Assembly: GCA_964474435.1 (NCBI GenBank)
Contig: CAYYSI010000001.1
Coordinates: forward strand, 126,647-190,646
DNA: 64,000 bases
Reading direction: 5' to 3'
Source of the DNA: an uncultured Candidatus Saccharibacteria bacterium
GTDB taxonomy: Bacteria > Patescibacteriota > Minisyncoccia > Phycocordibacterales > UBA9973
Shown here: one piece after another, positions 8,576 through 18,869 of the stretch
Position numbering within the stretch: the first letter of the stretch is position 1
How the letters are laid out: each line of letters begins with the position of its first letter
Notes under the pieces: model-generated
The model's database searches: none
Told to the model about the DNA's origin: nothing
Seen by the model: the letters and a program-made list of their open reading frames with translations, nothing else
Program-made: the position numbers and the translations under genes

Positions 8576-9625
8576 ATGACCATCATATTATTCATACTTG
8601 TATTGCTCGTGACCGTCCTCGTGCACGAATGGGGGCATTTCATCACTGCCAAGAAGAGCGGGATGCTTGTGGAGGAATTTGGGTTTGGTATTCCACCCAA
8701 GCTTTTTTCATGGAAGCGTGGCGAGACGACATACTCGATCAATGCATTGCCGATCGGGGGATTTGTAAAGATCGCAGGGGAGAATGGTGCGGACGAAGGA
8801 GTGCCGTACAACAGACAGTTTGAATCAAAGCCGTGGTATGTCAAAAGCCTGGTGTTGGTTGCAGGTGTTGTGATGAATGTGATACTTGCATTCGTGCTGT
8901 TTACCGCGGCGTACACGATCGGCATGCCAGGTGTGACTGATACTGGTACGCCCACCGTGATCGGAGTAGTGGATGGTAGTCCTACCCAAGAAGCTGGCAT
9001 TGAAGCAGGCGATACTATTTCATCGATACATATTGATACCAAGGCCGTATCGATTGAATCAACAGATACTATTCGTGACGCAATCCAACATTCAACAGGG
9101 GGCGTAACAGTAGACTATATACATGAAGGAGCGGCGCATACTGCAGTACTTACGCCCACTGAAACAAGTGATGGCAGACTAATAGGTGTAAGCATCGAAC
9201 GTATTGGCGTGATCAAGGTTTCATTTATCGACGCACTGGGGAAAGCTTGGATACAGGTTACTACCATGATCAAAAGTATCGTCGGTGCGATCGGCATGCT
9301 CGTCGGACGAGTGTTCAGTGGGCATCCATCTGCCGAAGGACTCATTGGTCCAGTAGGGCTTGCCAAAGAAGTGGGGAATGCCGCATCATTTGGCGCAACA
9401 TATCTGCTCGCATTTGTGGCAACGATTTCGCTCAATCTCGCCGTGCTCAACATCATGCCATTCCCGGCACTTGATGGGGGGCGGCTCTTGGTTGTCTGGG
9501 GCGAGGCCATAACCCGCCGCAAGTTTTCGGCGCTCACCGTGGGGGTCATCCATACGGTTGGATTCCTTATTTTGATCGGGCTCATGGTCATGCTCACGAT
9601 CGGGGATATCAAACGAGCCTTATAA
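8576..9625 (+). CDS. rseP: Site-2 (M50) protease RseP with PDZ domain
   Basis: HEWGH, PIGGFVKI and NIMPFPALDGG. Confidence 0.93.
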   Translation: MTIILFILVLLVTVLVHEWGHFITAKKSGMLVEEFGFGIPPKLFSWKRGETTYSINALPIGGFVKIAGENGADEGVPYNRQFESKPWYVKSLVLVAGVVMNVILAFVLFTAAYTIGMPGVTDTGTPTVIGVVDGSPTQEAGIEAGDTISSIHIDTKAVSIESTDTIRDAIQHSTGGVTVDYIHEGAAHTAVLTPTETSDGRLIGVSIERIGVIKVSFIDALGKAWIQVTTMIKSIVGAIGMLVGRVFSGHPSAEGLIGPVGLAKEVGNAASFGATYLLAFVATISLNLAVLNIMPFPALDGGRLLVVWGEAITRRKFSALTVGVIHTVGFLILIGLMVMLTIGDIKRAL

Positions 9626-9720
9626 TACAAGGCCATTGGACAATCTTGACAGATGTTTGACTTTTTTTACATCCATGATAAAGTGTATGTATAGTAATTT
9701 ATAAGAACAGCAGAAATTCT

Positions 9721-10752
9721 ATGGCAGTTATCAGTTTCAAACCAAAACAAGTCACCAAACGCCTGTTGTCGAACCTTCAGGATCGCGCATACGACATTAT
9801 CGTTAACCGATATGGTCTTACTGAAAATGCCGATTCCAAGACCCTCGAAGCAATCGGGAAAAAATACAATATCACTCGCGAACGAGTTCGCCAGATCGAA
9901 AATGCTGCCCTTGCAGCGATCAGAAAGAGCGACTCATTTAAGGCTGAACACAAGACGTTTGCTGAACTCAAGGCTCTCATTGAAACTGCTGGTGCTATGG
10001 TGCACGAAGATGACTTCCTTTCATTTATCTCAAAGGACAAGTCAGTGCAAAATCATGTTCGATTCTATCTCGTACTCGGTGATGAATTCAAAAAGATGAA
10101 AGAAGATGATCACTTCAACGCTCGATGGACTGTCGACGAAGGACTCTCAGAAGTTGTACACGAAGCACTTCACAGTGTCTACCGCACCCTTGATGACAAG
10201 GAGCTCCTTTCACAAGAAGACCTCGTCACACGATTCCTCAAAGAAATCAAAGACGTTGCTGATCAATACAAAAACGAAGAAGTTGCACGCCGATGGCTCA
10301 ACATTTCTAAAAAGATCGCACAAAATCCACTCGGTGAATGGGGTCCATCAGAATCTCAGAACATCAAGACTCGTGGTATCAAGGACTATGCATTTCTCAT
10401 GATGCGCAAGCATGGTTCTCCGATGCACTTCCGCGAAGTTGCAAAGGCAATCTTTGACACCTTTGGACGCAAGACACATGTCGCAACAACGCACAACGAG
10501 CTGATCAAGGATCCACGCTTTGTGCTCGTTGGCCGCGGCTACTACGCACTTGCAGAATGGGGATACAAGCCAGGTATCGTTCGTGATGTCATCAAGGAGA
10601 TCCTCGTCAAAGAAGGACCATTGACCAAAGAAGACGTCATCGAGCGCGTACTCAAAGAACGCTTCCTCAAGAAAAACACGATCCTCGTCAACCTCCAAAA
10701 CGCAAAATATTTCAAAAAGCTTTCGGACGGACGATACACCGTAGCCAAATAA
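9721..10752 (+). CDS. Sigma-70 region 4 + HARE-HTH (RpoE delta-like) protein
   Basis: TLEAIG..YNITRERVRQIE at N-terminus; PMHFREV..HNELIKDPRFVLVGRGYYAL.EW. Confidence 0.8.
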   Translation: MAVISFKPKQVTKRLLSNLQDRAYDIIVNRYGLTENADSKTLEAIGKKYNITRERVRQIENAALAAIRKSDSFKAEHKTFAELKALIETAGAMVHEDDFLSFISKDKSVQNHVRFYLVLGDEFKKMKEDDHFNARWTVDEGLSEVVHEALHSVYRTLDDKELLSQEDLVTRFLKEIKDVADQYKNEEVARRWLNISKKIAQNPLGEWGPSESQNIKTRGIKDYAFLMMRKHGSPMHFREVAKAIFDTFGRKTHVATTHNELIKDPRFVLVGRGYYALAEWGYKPGIVRDVIKEILVKEGPLTKEDVIERVLKERFLKKNTILVNLQNAKYFKKLSDGRYTVAK

Positions 10753-10757
10753 CTCTT

Positions 10758-10788
10758 AAAAAACTCTAGTTTCGCACTAGAGTTTTTT
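10758..10788 (+). terminator. Intrinsic terminator
   Basis: AAACTCTAGT-ttcgc-ACTAGAGTTT plus T tract. Confidence 0.75.
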
Positions 10789-10812
10789 TATTGCGTGGTA
10801 TAATAAAGGCAT

Positions 10813-11304
10813 ATGGCAGATGCACCAAGTGGTGGCGGTACGTGGGAACCATTCGAGATTATTATCGTCGTGATTCTTTTGATCGGTCTTTTGTCGCGAC
10901 TTGATACGAGTAACGATACAAAAAAGGCACCTACAACGACGAAGCCCAAGTCCGAAGTTGTAAGCAAGGCTCCTGATCCTAACGCATGTGGTCTCACACT
11001 CTCGCGCCCGCACTCACTCGAAAAGCCGACAACGGTTGTCACCCTCATCGGCTCGACTGCTGGATGCAACTGGACGTCGACAAGTGATGTCGCGCTCTAC
11101 GCACAAGTCGTCGATGCGCGCGGCATGCCTGTCTCTGCATACACAACCGTGCCCGTTGCTTCATCAGGTGTGAACACTGCATACTTTGACACAAGTATTG
11201 CGCTGACTGATACGCCAACCAAAGGGACTGGGTACCTCATACTGATCCCCGCAACGACTGATCCCACGCATCCGATCTCAGTGCGCATTCCGCTCAAATT
11301 TTAA
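10813..11304 (+). CDS. Membrane-anchored Ig-like (Gmad2-like) protein
   Basis: N-terminal TM, Thr/Pro linker, beta-rich domain ending VRIPLKF. Confidence 0.6.
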   Translation: MADAPSGGGTWEPFEIIIVVILLIGLLSRLDTSNDTKKAPTTTKPKSEVVSKAPDPNACGLTLSRPHSLEKPTTVVTLIGSTAGCNWTSTSDVALYAQVVDARGMPVSAYTTVPVASSGVNTAYFDTSIALTDTPTKGTGYLILIPATTDPTHPISVRIPLKF

Positions 11305-11322
11305 AACTGGTATACTACACGC

Positions 11323-12594
11323 ATGTCTCCTGATGCATTTATTGCAGTTGTCTTTCACCAAGTCGGTGTGTTTTTAATCTTTGGTGCTATTGCAGTGATC
11401 GCATGGAATGTGTGGCTGCAATACATCAACATGGTGTACCTCCGATCGATTGATTGGGTCATCCTCGAAATCGTCCCACCCAAAGAAGTCCACAAATCTC
11501 CTGAAGCAATGGAGCTCGTATTGAATGTGTTTAACGGAGGAGGTGCGGGCAACTGGTACGAAAAATATTGGAAAGGTGAGCTCGCGCAATACTACTCACT
11601 CGAGATCGTATCGACTGAGGGCAAGGTGCATTTCTATGTTCGCTTTGCCAAGAAATTTAAAAAGGCATTTGAAGCACAACTCTATGCGCAGTATCCGCAG
11701 GCAGAAATAAAAGAAGTCGAGGACTATACGAAAAAGATCCCGAGCTCTGACTTTGGCAAGAATTCTCCGATCAGTATGTTTGCGTATAACCTCAAGCTCA
11801 AAAAGGAGGATCCGTATCCGATCAAGTCATATATTGATTTCGGTCTTGATCGGGCCGTGGGCTCACTCGAAGAAGAGCAGCGTATTGATCCAATCACGCC
11901 CACTATTGAAACAATGGGTTCTATTGGTATCGGTGAGCATATTTGGGTACAGATCAATTTCCGCCAAGCAGTAAAACGTCATGAGGTGAAAAAGGGCGAG
12001 GAGATTGAAAAAGAAAAAGCGTGGACGGACAAAAGCAAAGAAATCATTGCCGGACTCAAAGCTGCTGCAAATACCAAGGATGCCGAAGGCAAGGTTACTG
12101 CAGGGCGTTTGAGCAAAGGCGAAAACCAAGTCATCGAAGCCATCGAGCGACATCGAAACAAGCCGGGCTTTGACTGTGGCATACGTGTCCTCTATGTTGC
12201 AAACAAAGATAACTTTAGTGGCAACACGATCTCTGCATTTACGGCAATGTTTCGTCAGTACAATACCGAAGACATGAACTCGTTTAGTATGGGCGACCTC
12301 ACCAAGACCCCTGATGCAATGCCGTGGAAGGATCCATTTGATAAAAAGGTAAAGAAAATGAAAAAAGATTATCTCGATGATTACAAAGACCGTGCATTTT
12401 TCTACGGAGGATTTCGGTTTGACAAGATCGGCAAGTATTTCACGCATCCAGAAAATTCTGGGAGCAAAGGGTTCGTCCTTTCGAGCGAAGAGCTCGCAAC
12501 GATCTATCACTTGCCAGGTCGTGTTGCAGAGACACCAACTGTCGGTCGTATCGAGTCCAAGAAAGGGGAGCCACCAGCAAACCTACCTATTTAG
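11323..12594 (+). CDS. Conserved CPR membrane-anchored hypothetical protein
   Basis: N-terminal TM; LEI.PPKE..KSP.AME, YAQYP.AEI.EVEDY and ELATIYHLP pattern. Confidence 0.7.
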   Translation: MSPDAFIAVVFHQVGVFLIFGAIAVIAWNVWLQYINMVYLRSIDWVILEIVPPKEVHKSPEAMELVLNVFNGGGAGNWYEKYWKGELAQYYSLEIVSTEGKVHFYVRFAKKFKKAFEAQLYAQYPQAEIKEVEDYTKKIPSSDFGKNSPISMFAYNLKLKKEDPYPIKSYIDFGLDRAVGSLEEEQRIDPITPTIETMGSIGIGEHIWVQINFRQAVKRHEVKKGEEIEKEKAWTDKSKEIIAGLKAAANTKDAEGKVTAGRLSKGENQVIEAIERHRNKPGFDCGIRVLYVANKDNFSGNTISAFTAMFRQYNTEDMNSFSMGDLTKTPDAMPWKDPFDKKVKKMKKDYLDDYKDRAFFYGGFRFDKIGKYFTHPENSGSKGFVLSSEELATIYHLPGRVAETPTVGRIESKKGEPPANLPI

Positions 12595-12600
12595 TATTGT

Positions 12601-13569
12601 ATGAAATCATCTTCCCGCATCATTCGTTTCTTGGCATATATCGTTATCGGTGTAGTGCTTGTTGTCGGGATCGTCGGATTGTTTCGCCGATTTCTTGCTG
12701 CCCCTGCAGGTTTCCCAACACCGTATCATTTGACGATTGAGTCTGGGCAGACACTCTTTTCTATCTCGCACGAGCTCTACGATGCGCACGTGATCCGATC
12801 GACGAGACTCTTTGAGGTGTTTATGATTGCGCTCGATAGTGAAAAGCGGGTGAGTGAAGGAGAATATTATTTTGAAAAACCCGTCTCTGCATTTGAAATC
12901 GCGCTCCGTATTTCTGGGCGACAGTTTGGGATCGATCGCAAGCGTGTGACATTCCCCGAAGGCTTCACCAATAAACAAATGGCCGCACGACTCGAGCAGA
13001 CGATGCCCGGTTTTGATACAGAGCTTTTCTTGATGCTGGCAAAAGAGTATGAGGGCTATCTCTTCCCAGATACGTACAGTTTCTTTCCTTCGATTACACC
13101 AGATGTTGTTGTTGGTGTGCTCAAGCGCAACTTTGCAACACAGACGATGGATCTCGAGTCGAGCTTCCTGACGTCAAACCGCAAGCGAAGTGACGTCATC
13201 ATCATGGCTTCAATCATTGAAAAGGAAGCAAACAAGGCCGAAGAAATGCCCGTCATTGCAGGTATCCTATGGAAACGCATCGATGAAGGCAAGGCGCTCC
13301 AAGTCGATGCACCATTTCTCTACACATTGGGCAAGGCGAGTAGTGAACTCACTCGCAAAGACCTCGCGTCCAACTCTCTCTACAACACCTATACACACAA
13401 AGGTTTGCCGCCGACGCCGATCTCAAACCCTGGACTCGATGCGATCAAGGCAGCACTGGCACCCGTTGATTCTCCATATTATTTCTATCTCCATGGCAGT
13501 GATGGTGTGGTGCACTATGCAACGACGTACAAGGAGCATCAAAAGAACATTGCGCTCTATTTGAAATAA
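12601..13569 (+). CDS. mltG: Endolytic transglycosylase MltG
   Basis: EGYLFPDTY, ASIIEKEA and YNTY...GLPPTPISNPG. Confidence 0.95.
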   Translation: MKSSSRIIRFLAYIVIGVVLVVGIVGLFRRFLAAPAGFPTPYHLTIESGQTLFSISHELYDAHVIRSTRLFEVFMIALDSEKRVSEGEYYFEKPVSAFEIALRISGRQFGIDRKRVTFPEGFTNKQMAARLEQTMPGFDTELFLMLAKEYEGYLFPDTYSFFPSITPDVVVGVLKRNFATQTMDLESSFLTSNRKRSDVIIMASIIEKEANKAEEMPVIAGILWKRIDEGKALQVDAPFLYTLGKASSELTRKDLASNSLYNTYTHKGLPPTPISNPGLDAIKAALAPVDSPYYFYLHGSDGVVHYATTYKEHQKNIALYLK

Positions 13570-13588
13570 CCGGTATACTTCCTATCCC

Positions 13589-14131
13589 ATGATCCTCCAA
13601 CAACCTCTCGCATTTGTTGATATAGAGACGACAGGACTCAATCCTGAAACCGCCGAAATCATCGAGCTCGGCGTGGTGATTGCACGACTCAAGGATGACG
13701 AGCTCGTTGTGTTGCAAGAAATCGATCTCAAAATCGCACCCAAACATATCGAAACTGCCGAGCCGCAAGCACTACGCGTCAACGGATACAACGAAGCGGA
13801 TTGGATATTTGCCGTATCGATCGAGGAAGCACTCAAGACCTTTGTAGAGAAAACTGAGGGAGCAATCTTTGTTGCACATAACGCAACGTTTGATTATGGA
13901 TTTATCGAAGCAAACCTCAGACGGTACAACATCGAGAGCAAGATGCATTATCATCGACTCGATACAATCTCGATTGCATTTGGCATCCTGCACACCAATG
14001 ATGACATCAGCAAGCTTTCGCTCCGTGCACTCTGTGAGAAATATGGTATAGAAAATAAAAAAGCCCATAGTGCGTTTGCAGATGCATACGCGACGTACGA
14101 GCTTTTTAAGAAGTTGTTGAAGTTGAAATAA
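13589..14131 (+). CDS. DEDDh 3'-5' exonuclease (DnaQ-like)
   Basis: DIETTG, AHNATFD and HSAFADA. Confidence 0.9.
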   Translation: MILQQPLAFVDIETTGLNPETAEIIELGVVIARLKDDELVVLQEIDLKIAPKHIETAEPQALRVNGYNEADWIFAVSIEEALKTFVEKTEGAIFVAHNATFDYGFIEANLRRYNIESKMHYHRLDTISIAFGILHTNDDISKLSLRALCEKYGIENKKAHSAFADAYATYELFKKLLKLK

Positions 14132-14169
14132 GAAATCCCCGACGAATATGCCGGGGATAAGTAAGTATT

Positions 14170-14850
14170 TTACATAGCTACTATTGTATCAATTATTGCC
14201 AATACCTCCTTTCGAAAGTCAGCCTCATTATCCATAAGGTCTTTCACAATGTTACAGGAGTATAAAACATTTGAATGATCTGTACTACCAAAGTATTCCG
14301 CAATAGATTTTAAAGAATAAGGAGTAACCATTCTCGCTAAATACCTAATAATTTGTCGCACGGTAGCGATATCTGCCTTATTTGTTTTCTCAAATATTTT
14401 TTCATAAGGGATATCGAAAAAATTACATACAGTATGAGATATATTCTCTATAGTAATTGCAGACGTGCGACTTTGAGTGATTCCAAAAACACCAGGTATC
14501 CGAAATCTATCATAAATATCATGCAATATCTGAATATTTTCTGTAGACAAAGTTTTCTTTTGTCTGTTATCTGATGTAAATCCTGCTAAAATAAAATCAT
14601 TTTTTTGTGACTGTTTTATTTCCCTAATAATTTTATAGATAAAAGCAGGTGAGTTTTTTAGAAATTCATCCGTTTTAAAATTTACAAAAATAATAGGCCA
14701 GGATCTTCGTAGTGTACTTTCTCTCAAGCACTGTAATGTATTCACTGGAATCAAAGTCATATTTTCATTTTTTGATACGATCTTTATATATTCCAAGAAT
14801 TCACGGTGACCTGCTGTTTTTGGGTCATATAGTAATATTTCGTTATTCAT
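14170..14850 (-). CDS. AT-rich protein with C-terminal DnaA domain-IV-like HTH
   Basis: RQIIRYLAR..T.YSLKSIAEYFG.TDHSNV matches the DnaA C-terminal signature; no AAA+ domain. Confidence 0.75.
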   Translation of the reverse strand: MNNEILLYDPKTAGHREFLEYIKIVSKNENMTLIPVNTLQCLRESTLRRSWPIIFVNFKTDEFLKNSPAFIYKIIREIKQSQKNDFILAGFTSDNRQKKTLSTENIQILHDIYDRFRIPGVFGITQSRTSAITIENISHTVCNFFDIPYEKIFEKTNKADIATVRQIIRYLARMVTPYSLKSIAEYFGSTDHSNVLYSCNIVKDLMDNEADFRKEVLAIIDTIVAM

Positions 14851-14910
14851 GATTTAATGAGTTTTTCTTTACTCTAAACTAAAAGGACGATTTGTCAAAT
14901 ATGTGGTACT

Positions 14911-15975
14911 ATGTCGGTTGTGAAATCTAAACGTCAGAAAATATTTGTAGGCGTATCAGGCGGAGTGGACTCGTCTGTTGTCGCGTACCTGCTGCAGAAA
15001 CAAGGACATGACGTCCATGGCGTCTTTGTGAAGACGTGGTCACCAGAATGGCTGCCCTGTACATGGGTAGATGAAAAGCGTGATGCGATGCGTGTCTGTG
15101 CCGCGCTTGGTATTCCATTCCATTTCCTCGATGCAGAGCAGGCGTACAAGGACGGCGTGGCAGAGTATATGATCAATGAATATCGCGCCGGGCGCACACC
15201 CAACCCTGACGTGCTTTGCAATCGCGTGATCAAGTTTGGTGTGCTCTGGGATTATGCAAAAAATCATGGTGCAGATGTCGTTGCGACGGGGCACTATGCG
15301 CAGACTAATGGCACACAAATGATGAAGGGAGTTGATGTATCCAAAGACCAATCATATTTCCTCTGGATGCTTTCGCGCGAAGAGCTTTCGCATATCCAAT
15401 TTCCGATTGGACATTTGGACAAAGGCGAGGTGCGTCGCATTGCAGAAAAGGCAGGACTCTTTACTGCAGTAAAAAAAGATAGCCAGGGCATCTGCTTCCT
15501 TGGCGACGTCGATATGCGCGAATTTCTTTCTCATTATATAGAGAGCAAACAGGGAGATGTCGTAGATGAGAATGGCGAGGTGATCGGGACGCATACTGGT
15601 GTGTGGTTTTATACATTGGGAGAACGTCACGGATTTACGATCACCAATACAGAAACAAATACATCGCCGTATTATGTCATTGCAAAAAATATTGAAGCAA
15701 ACCAACTCGTTGTTTCCAAGAATCCAATGCCGACAAATCAAAGCAATGGCAAGGTAGCAATACAACTCCGCGATACAAACTGGATCGAATCTGTTGATCA
15801 CAGCAAAGCATACACGGCACAGATCAGATATCATGGAGAGTTGATTGAGGCTCGTATTAAAAATGATAGGGAAGTAGAGCTCACCTATGATGGACTCATT
15901 GCGCTCGGACAATCACTCGTGATCTATGACGGAGACATACTTGTTGGCGGAGGCATCATTGATACTGTGTCATAA
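14911..15975 (+). CDS. mnmA: tRNA 2-thiouridylase MnmA
   Basis: SGGVDS, TPNPDVLCN, ATGHYA and KDQSYF. Confidence 0.96.
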   Translation: MSVVKSKRQKIFVGVSGGVDSSVVAYLLQKQGHDVHGVFVKTWSPEWLPCTWVDEKRDAMRVCAALGIPFHFLDAEQAYKDGVAEYMINEYRAGRTPNPDVLCNRVIKFGVLWDYAKNHGADVVATGHYAQTNGTQMMKGVDVSKDQSYFLWMLSREELSHIQFPIGHLDKGEVRRIAEKAGLFTAVKKDSQGICFLGDVDMREFLSHYIESKQGDVVDENGEVIGTHTGVWFYTLGERHGFTITNTETNTSPYYVIAKNIEANQLVVSKNPMPTNQSNGKVAIQLRDTNWIESVDHSKAYTAQIRYHGELIEARIKNDREVELTYDGLIALGQSLVIYDGDILVGGGIIDTVS

Positions 15976-15994
15976 AGTACGCTATACTTCATGC

Positions 15995-16459
15995 ATGCAA
16001 AATATCATCAACGACCCAATGATCCTCAGTCTCATTGTCGCAATGTTACTCGGTATGATTCTCGGTATCGAACGATTTCTCGCGCACAAGACTGCAGGCA
16101 TGCGCACCTATACCTTCATCTCGATGGGATCTGCATTGTTTGTCATCATTTCGCAAATGGTTGCAGCACAGAGCACGGGACTCTTTGATCCACTTCGTAT
16201 GGCAGCCCAAGTTGTCGCTGCGGCGGGGTTCCTCGGCGTTGGTGCAATCTTTCACAAAGATCAACGTGTCTCTGGTATCACGACTGCAAGCGGTCTCTGG
16301 GTATCAGCAGGTATCGGTATGGCGTGTGGCTTTGGACTCTACAAGCTTGCGATCATCGTGACGATCCTCTCACTCTTTACGTTCGTCGTCATGTGGTTCC
16401 TCGAGCAGCAGATCCGCAAGATTCACATTGGTCAAGATATCGAAAACACACCGCTCTAA
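15995..16459 (+). CDS. MgtC/SapB family membrane protein
   Basis: GIER....AGMRT, DPLRMAAQVV and GITTA. Confidence 0.9.
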   Translation: MQNIINDPMILSLIVAMLLGMILGIERFLAHKTAGMRTYTFISMGSALFVIISQMVAAQSTGLFDPLRMAAQVVAAAGFLGVGAIFHKDQRVSGITTASGLWVSAGIGMACGFGLYKLAIIVTILSLFTFVVMWFLEQQIRKIHIGQDIENTPL

Positions 16460-16492
16460 AGGCGGTTTTTTGTTTGTGGTATGATGGGCGGT

Positions 16493-18268
16493 ATGAAATA
16501 CAAGACGCAGTGGGATTTGACCCTTTTGTATAAGAGCGAAAAGGATCCACAGATAGAGAAGGATGTACAAATGGTTGAAAACCTCTGTGCTCAGTTTGAA
16601 AAGAAGTATAAAGGTAAAAACTTTACTAGTTCTGCACAAAGACTCGCTATTGCTTTGAAAGAGTATCACGCAATGTCTGATTCATCTCTATATCGGCCGT
16701 GGTTTTATTTTTATCTCATCAAAGAAATTGATGCAAATAATACGTATGCACAAGCACAGTACACAAGTATTGAACAACGGATCAATATTGCAAGTAACAA
16801 AGTCGCCTTCTTTGTGCTTGATATTGCAAAAATACCACCTGTAACCCAAAAGAAATATCTAAAAAATAAGGATCTTGAAGTATATAGATATTACCTTCTA
16901 AAAATATTTACTACTGCAAAATATAATCTCTCTGAAAAAGAAGAGCAGTTGTTACTGTTGCTGGCTCAAACAAGTGAGACAATGTGGGCAAGCGCTCAGC
17001 AGAAACTCCTAGGCAATCAACACGTAGTATTTAAAGGGGTTACGATTCCAATATCGGAAGCAAAAGCAAAGGTAGCAGAACTTCCACTTGAAGAACGATA
17101 CGATCTTTCGCAAAAGATTAGTACAGTCTCAAAAGAGATTAGTTTTATGGCAGAAGCAGAGCTCAATGCGATCTATAATTTTCACAATACTGTCAATACA
17201 TTAAAGAAGTATAAGACGCCCTACAGTGCCAGCGTACTTTTAAAGGAAAATACAGAAGAAGAAATAAAAGCTTTTGCTGAGCTCGTTACTGAATACTTTT
17301 CTCTCAGTCAAAGATTTCATGTACTTCATGCAAAGCTCCTTGGTCTCAAAAAATTAAGACTTGCAGATCGACGAGTAAATATAGGTAAGGTCAACAAAAC
17401 ATTTGATTTTGAACAATCTCTTTCACTAACTAGGTCCGCACTAGGAAAAGCCGGAACTCAGTATTCAAAAATCCTTGATCGTTTTATACATAATGGCCAA
17501 ATCGATGTACTCCCTCGCAAAGGTAAACAGGCTGGGGGATTTTGCGTGACCGTCGGAGAATTGCCAACATATATATTGCTCAACCATACCAATGATGTGC
17601 AATCAGTAGAAACATTTGCTCATGAGATGGGGCACGCGATTCATGGTGAGCTGAGCAAGAAACTACCTCGACACTATCAAGCATATTCAGGTTCTGTGGC
17701 AGAAGTTGCGAGCATGTTTTTCGAGCAATTTGTTGGATTAGAACTTGAGCAGTACTTAACCGAAGAAGAACAACTATTTATGCTTCACCGAAAGGTATGT
17801 GAAGATGTGTTTGCAATTTTTTGCCAGATTGCATGTTTTAATTATGAGCTGGAACTCCATGAGCGCATCAAGAAAGAAGGTCAAGTATCTGCCCAGGATA
17901 TGGCAGAGATGATGAATAAGCATATGCAGGCATATTGCGGCCCGGCAATGAACATATTGGCAGATGATGGATATTTGTTTGTGACATGGCATCACCTTCG
18001 ATATAATTTCTACACATATACGTATGCGTACGGTGGTTTGATTAGTCGTGCACTATTTGAAAATTGGAAAAAAGATAATTCATATATGAAAAAAATTGAA
18101 CAATTTCTCTCGGCTGGTGGCTCAATGAGCCCCAAAGATATTTTCAAATCCATCGGCATCAATACTGATAAGAAATTCTTTGAAGCAGGACTGAGGGGGA
18201 TTGAAGCTGATATTGATAAACTTGAAAAACTCTCAAAGAATTGGCTAAAAAATAAAAGAGGGAAATAG
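16493..18268 (+). CDS. pepF: M3 family oligoendopeptidase F
   Basis: WDL..LY, RKGK..GGFC, HEMGH and AEVAS. Confidence 0.9.
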   Translation: MKYKTQWDLTLLYKSEKDPQIEKDVQMVENLCAQFEKKYKGKNFTSSAQRLAIALKEYHAMSDSSLYRPWFYFYLIKEIDANNTYAQAQYTSIEQRINIASNKVAFFVLDIAKIPPVTQKKYLKNKDLEVYRYYLLKIFTTAKYNLSEKEEQLLLLLAQTSETMWASAQQKLLGNQHVVFKGVTIPISEAKAKVAELPLEERYDLSQKISTVSKEISFMAEAELNAIYNFHNTVNTLKKYKTPYSASVLLKENTEEEIKAFAELVTEYFSLSQRFHVLHAKLLGLKKLRLADRRVNIGKVNKTFDFEQSLSLTRSALGKAGTQYSKILDRFIHNGQIDVLPRKGKQAGGFCVTVGELPTYILLNHTNDVQSVETFAHEMGHAIHGELSKKLPRHYQAYSGSVAEVASMFFEQFVGLELEQYLTEEEQLFMLHRKVCEDVFAIFCQIACFNYELELHERIKKEGQVSAQDMAEMMNKHMQAYCGPAMNILADDGYLFVTWHHLRYNFYTYTYAYGGLISRALFENWKKDNSYMKKIEQFLSAGGSMSPKDIFKSIGINTDKKFFEAGLRGIEADIDKLEKLSKNWLKNKRGK

Positions 18269-18329
18269 TTGCAAAATATTTAATATATTGTATAGTGTTA
18301 AAAAATTACATCACCAAAAAATACGACAT

Positions 18330-18797
18330 ATGTACTTACAAATTCAAATACCACTCTGGTATTGGCAAGCTGGAATGTTAGTTCTTCTGATACTGGTATT
18401 GATCGGCATAGTTTGGATAGCACACCTACAGAAAAGAAATAAAGAATTGAAAGAAGAAAGAAGTAATCCGTTGACTATCGATGACTCTTATGTAGGAAAA
18501 GTGTTTTATCCAATCAACTTTTTTGATCGATACAATAGAAATACATCCTCACTATTTGATTCGAAAAGTTCCATTGTAAAGGCGCTTGTTAATGATTCTG
18601 AATCAGTATATTATTTTGAAATTTCAAATGAACAGATTATTGAGCAGTTAAAGCAACATCACAACAAAGTGTATGTGTTGGAAACGAGAACAGTCAATGG
18701 TGGTAAAAAGGAGTTTTACTTCAAAGTAATCAATACTGCTAGAGAACTAAGTTATTACAAAACCAATTTCTCAAAGATTTTGTACTCAGAGGTGTAA
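18330..18797 (+). CDS. AT-rich single-TM hypothetical protein
   Basis: N-terminal TM; TTGCAA..TATAGT upstream; hairpin near 18810-18838. Confidence 0.65.
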   Translation: MYLQIQIPLWYWQAGMLVLLILVLIGIVWIAHLQKRNKELKEERSNPLTIDDSYVGKVFYPINFFDRYNRNTSSLFDSKSSIVKALVNDSESVYYFEISNEQIIEQLKQHHNKVYVLETRTVNGGKKEFYFKVINTARELSYYKTNFSKILYSEV

Positions 18798-18869
18798 ACT
18801 ATACTTGCCAAAAAGCACTTTTAAAAAGTGCTTTTTTTATTACTCAATTTTTGCTAAAGTACTGTCATT

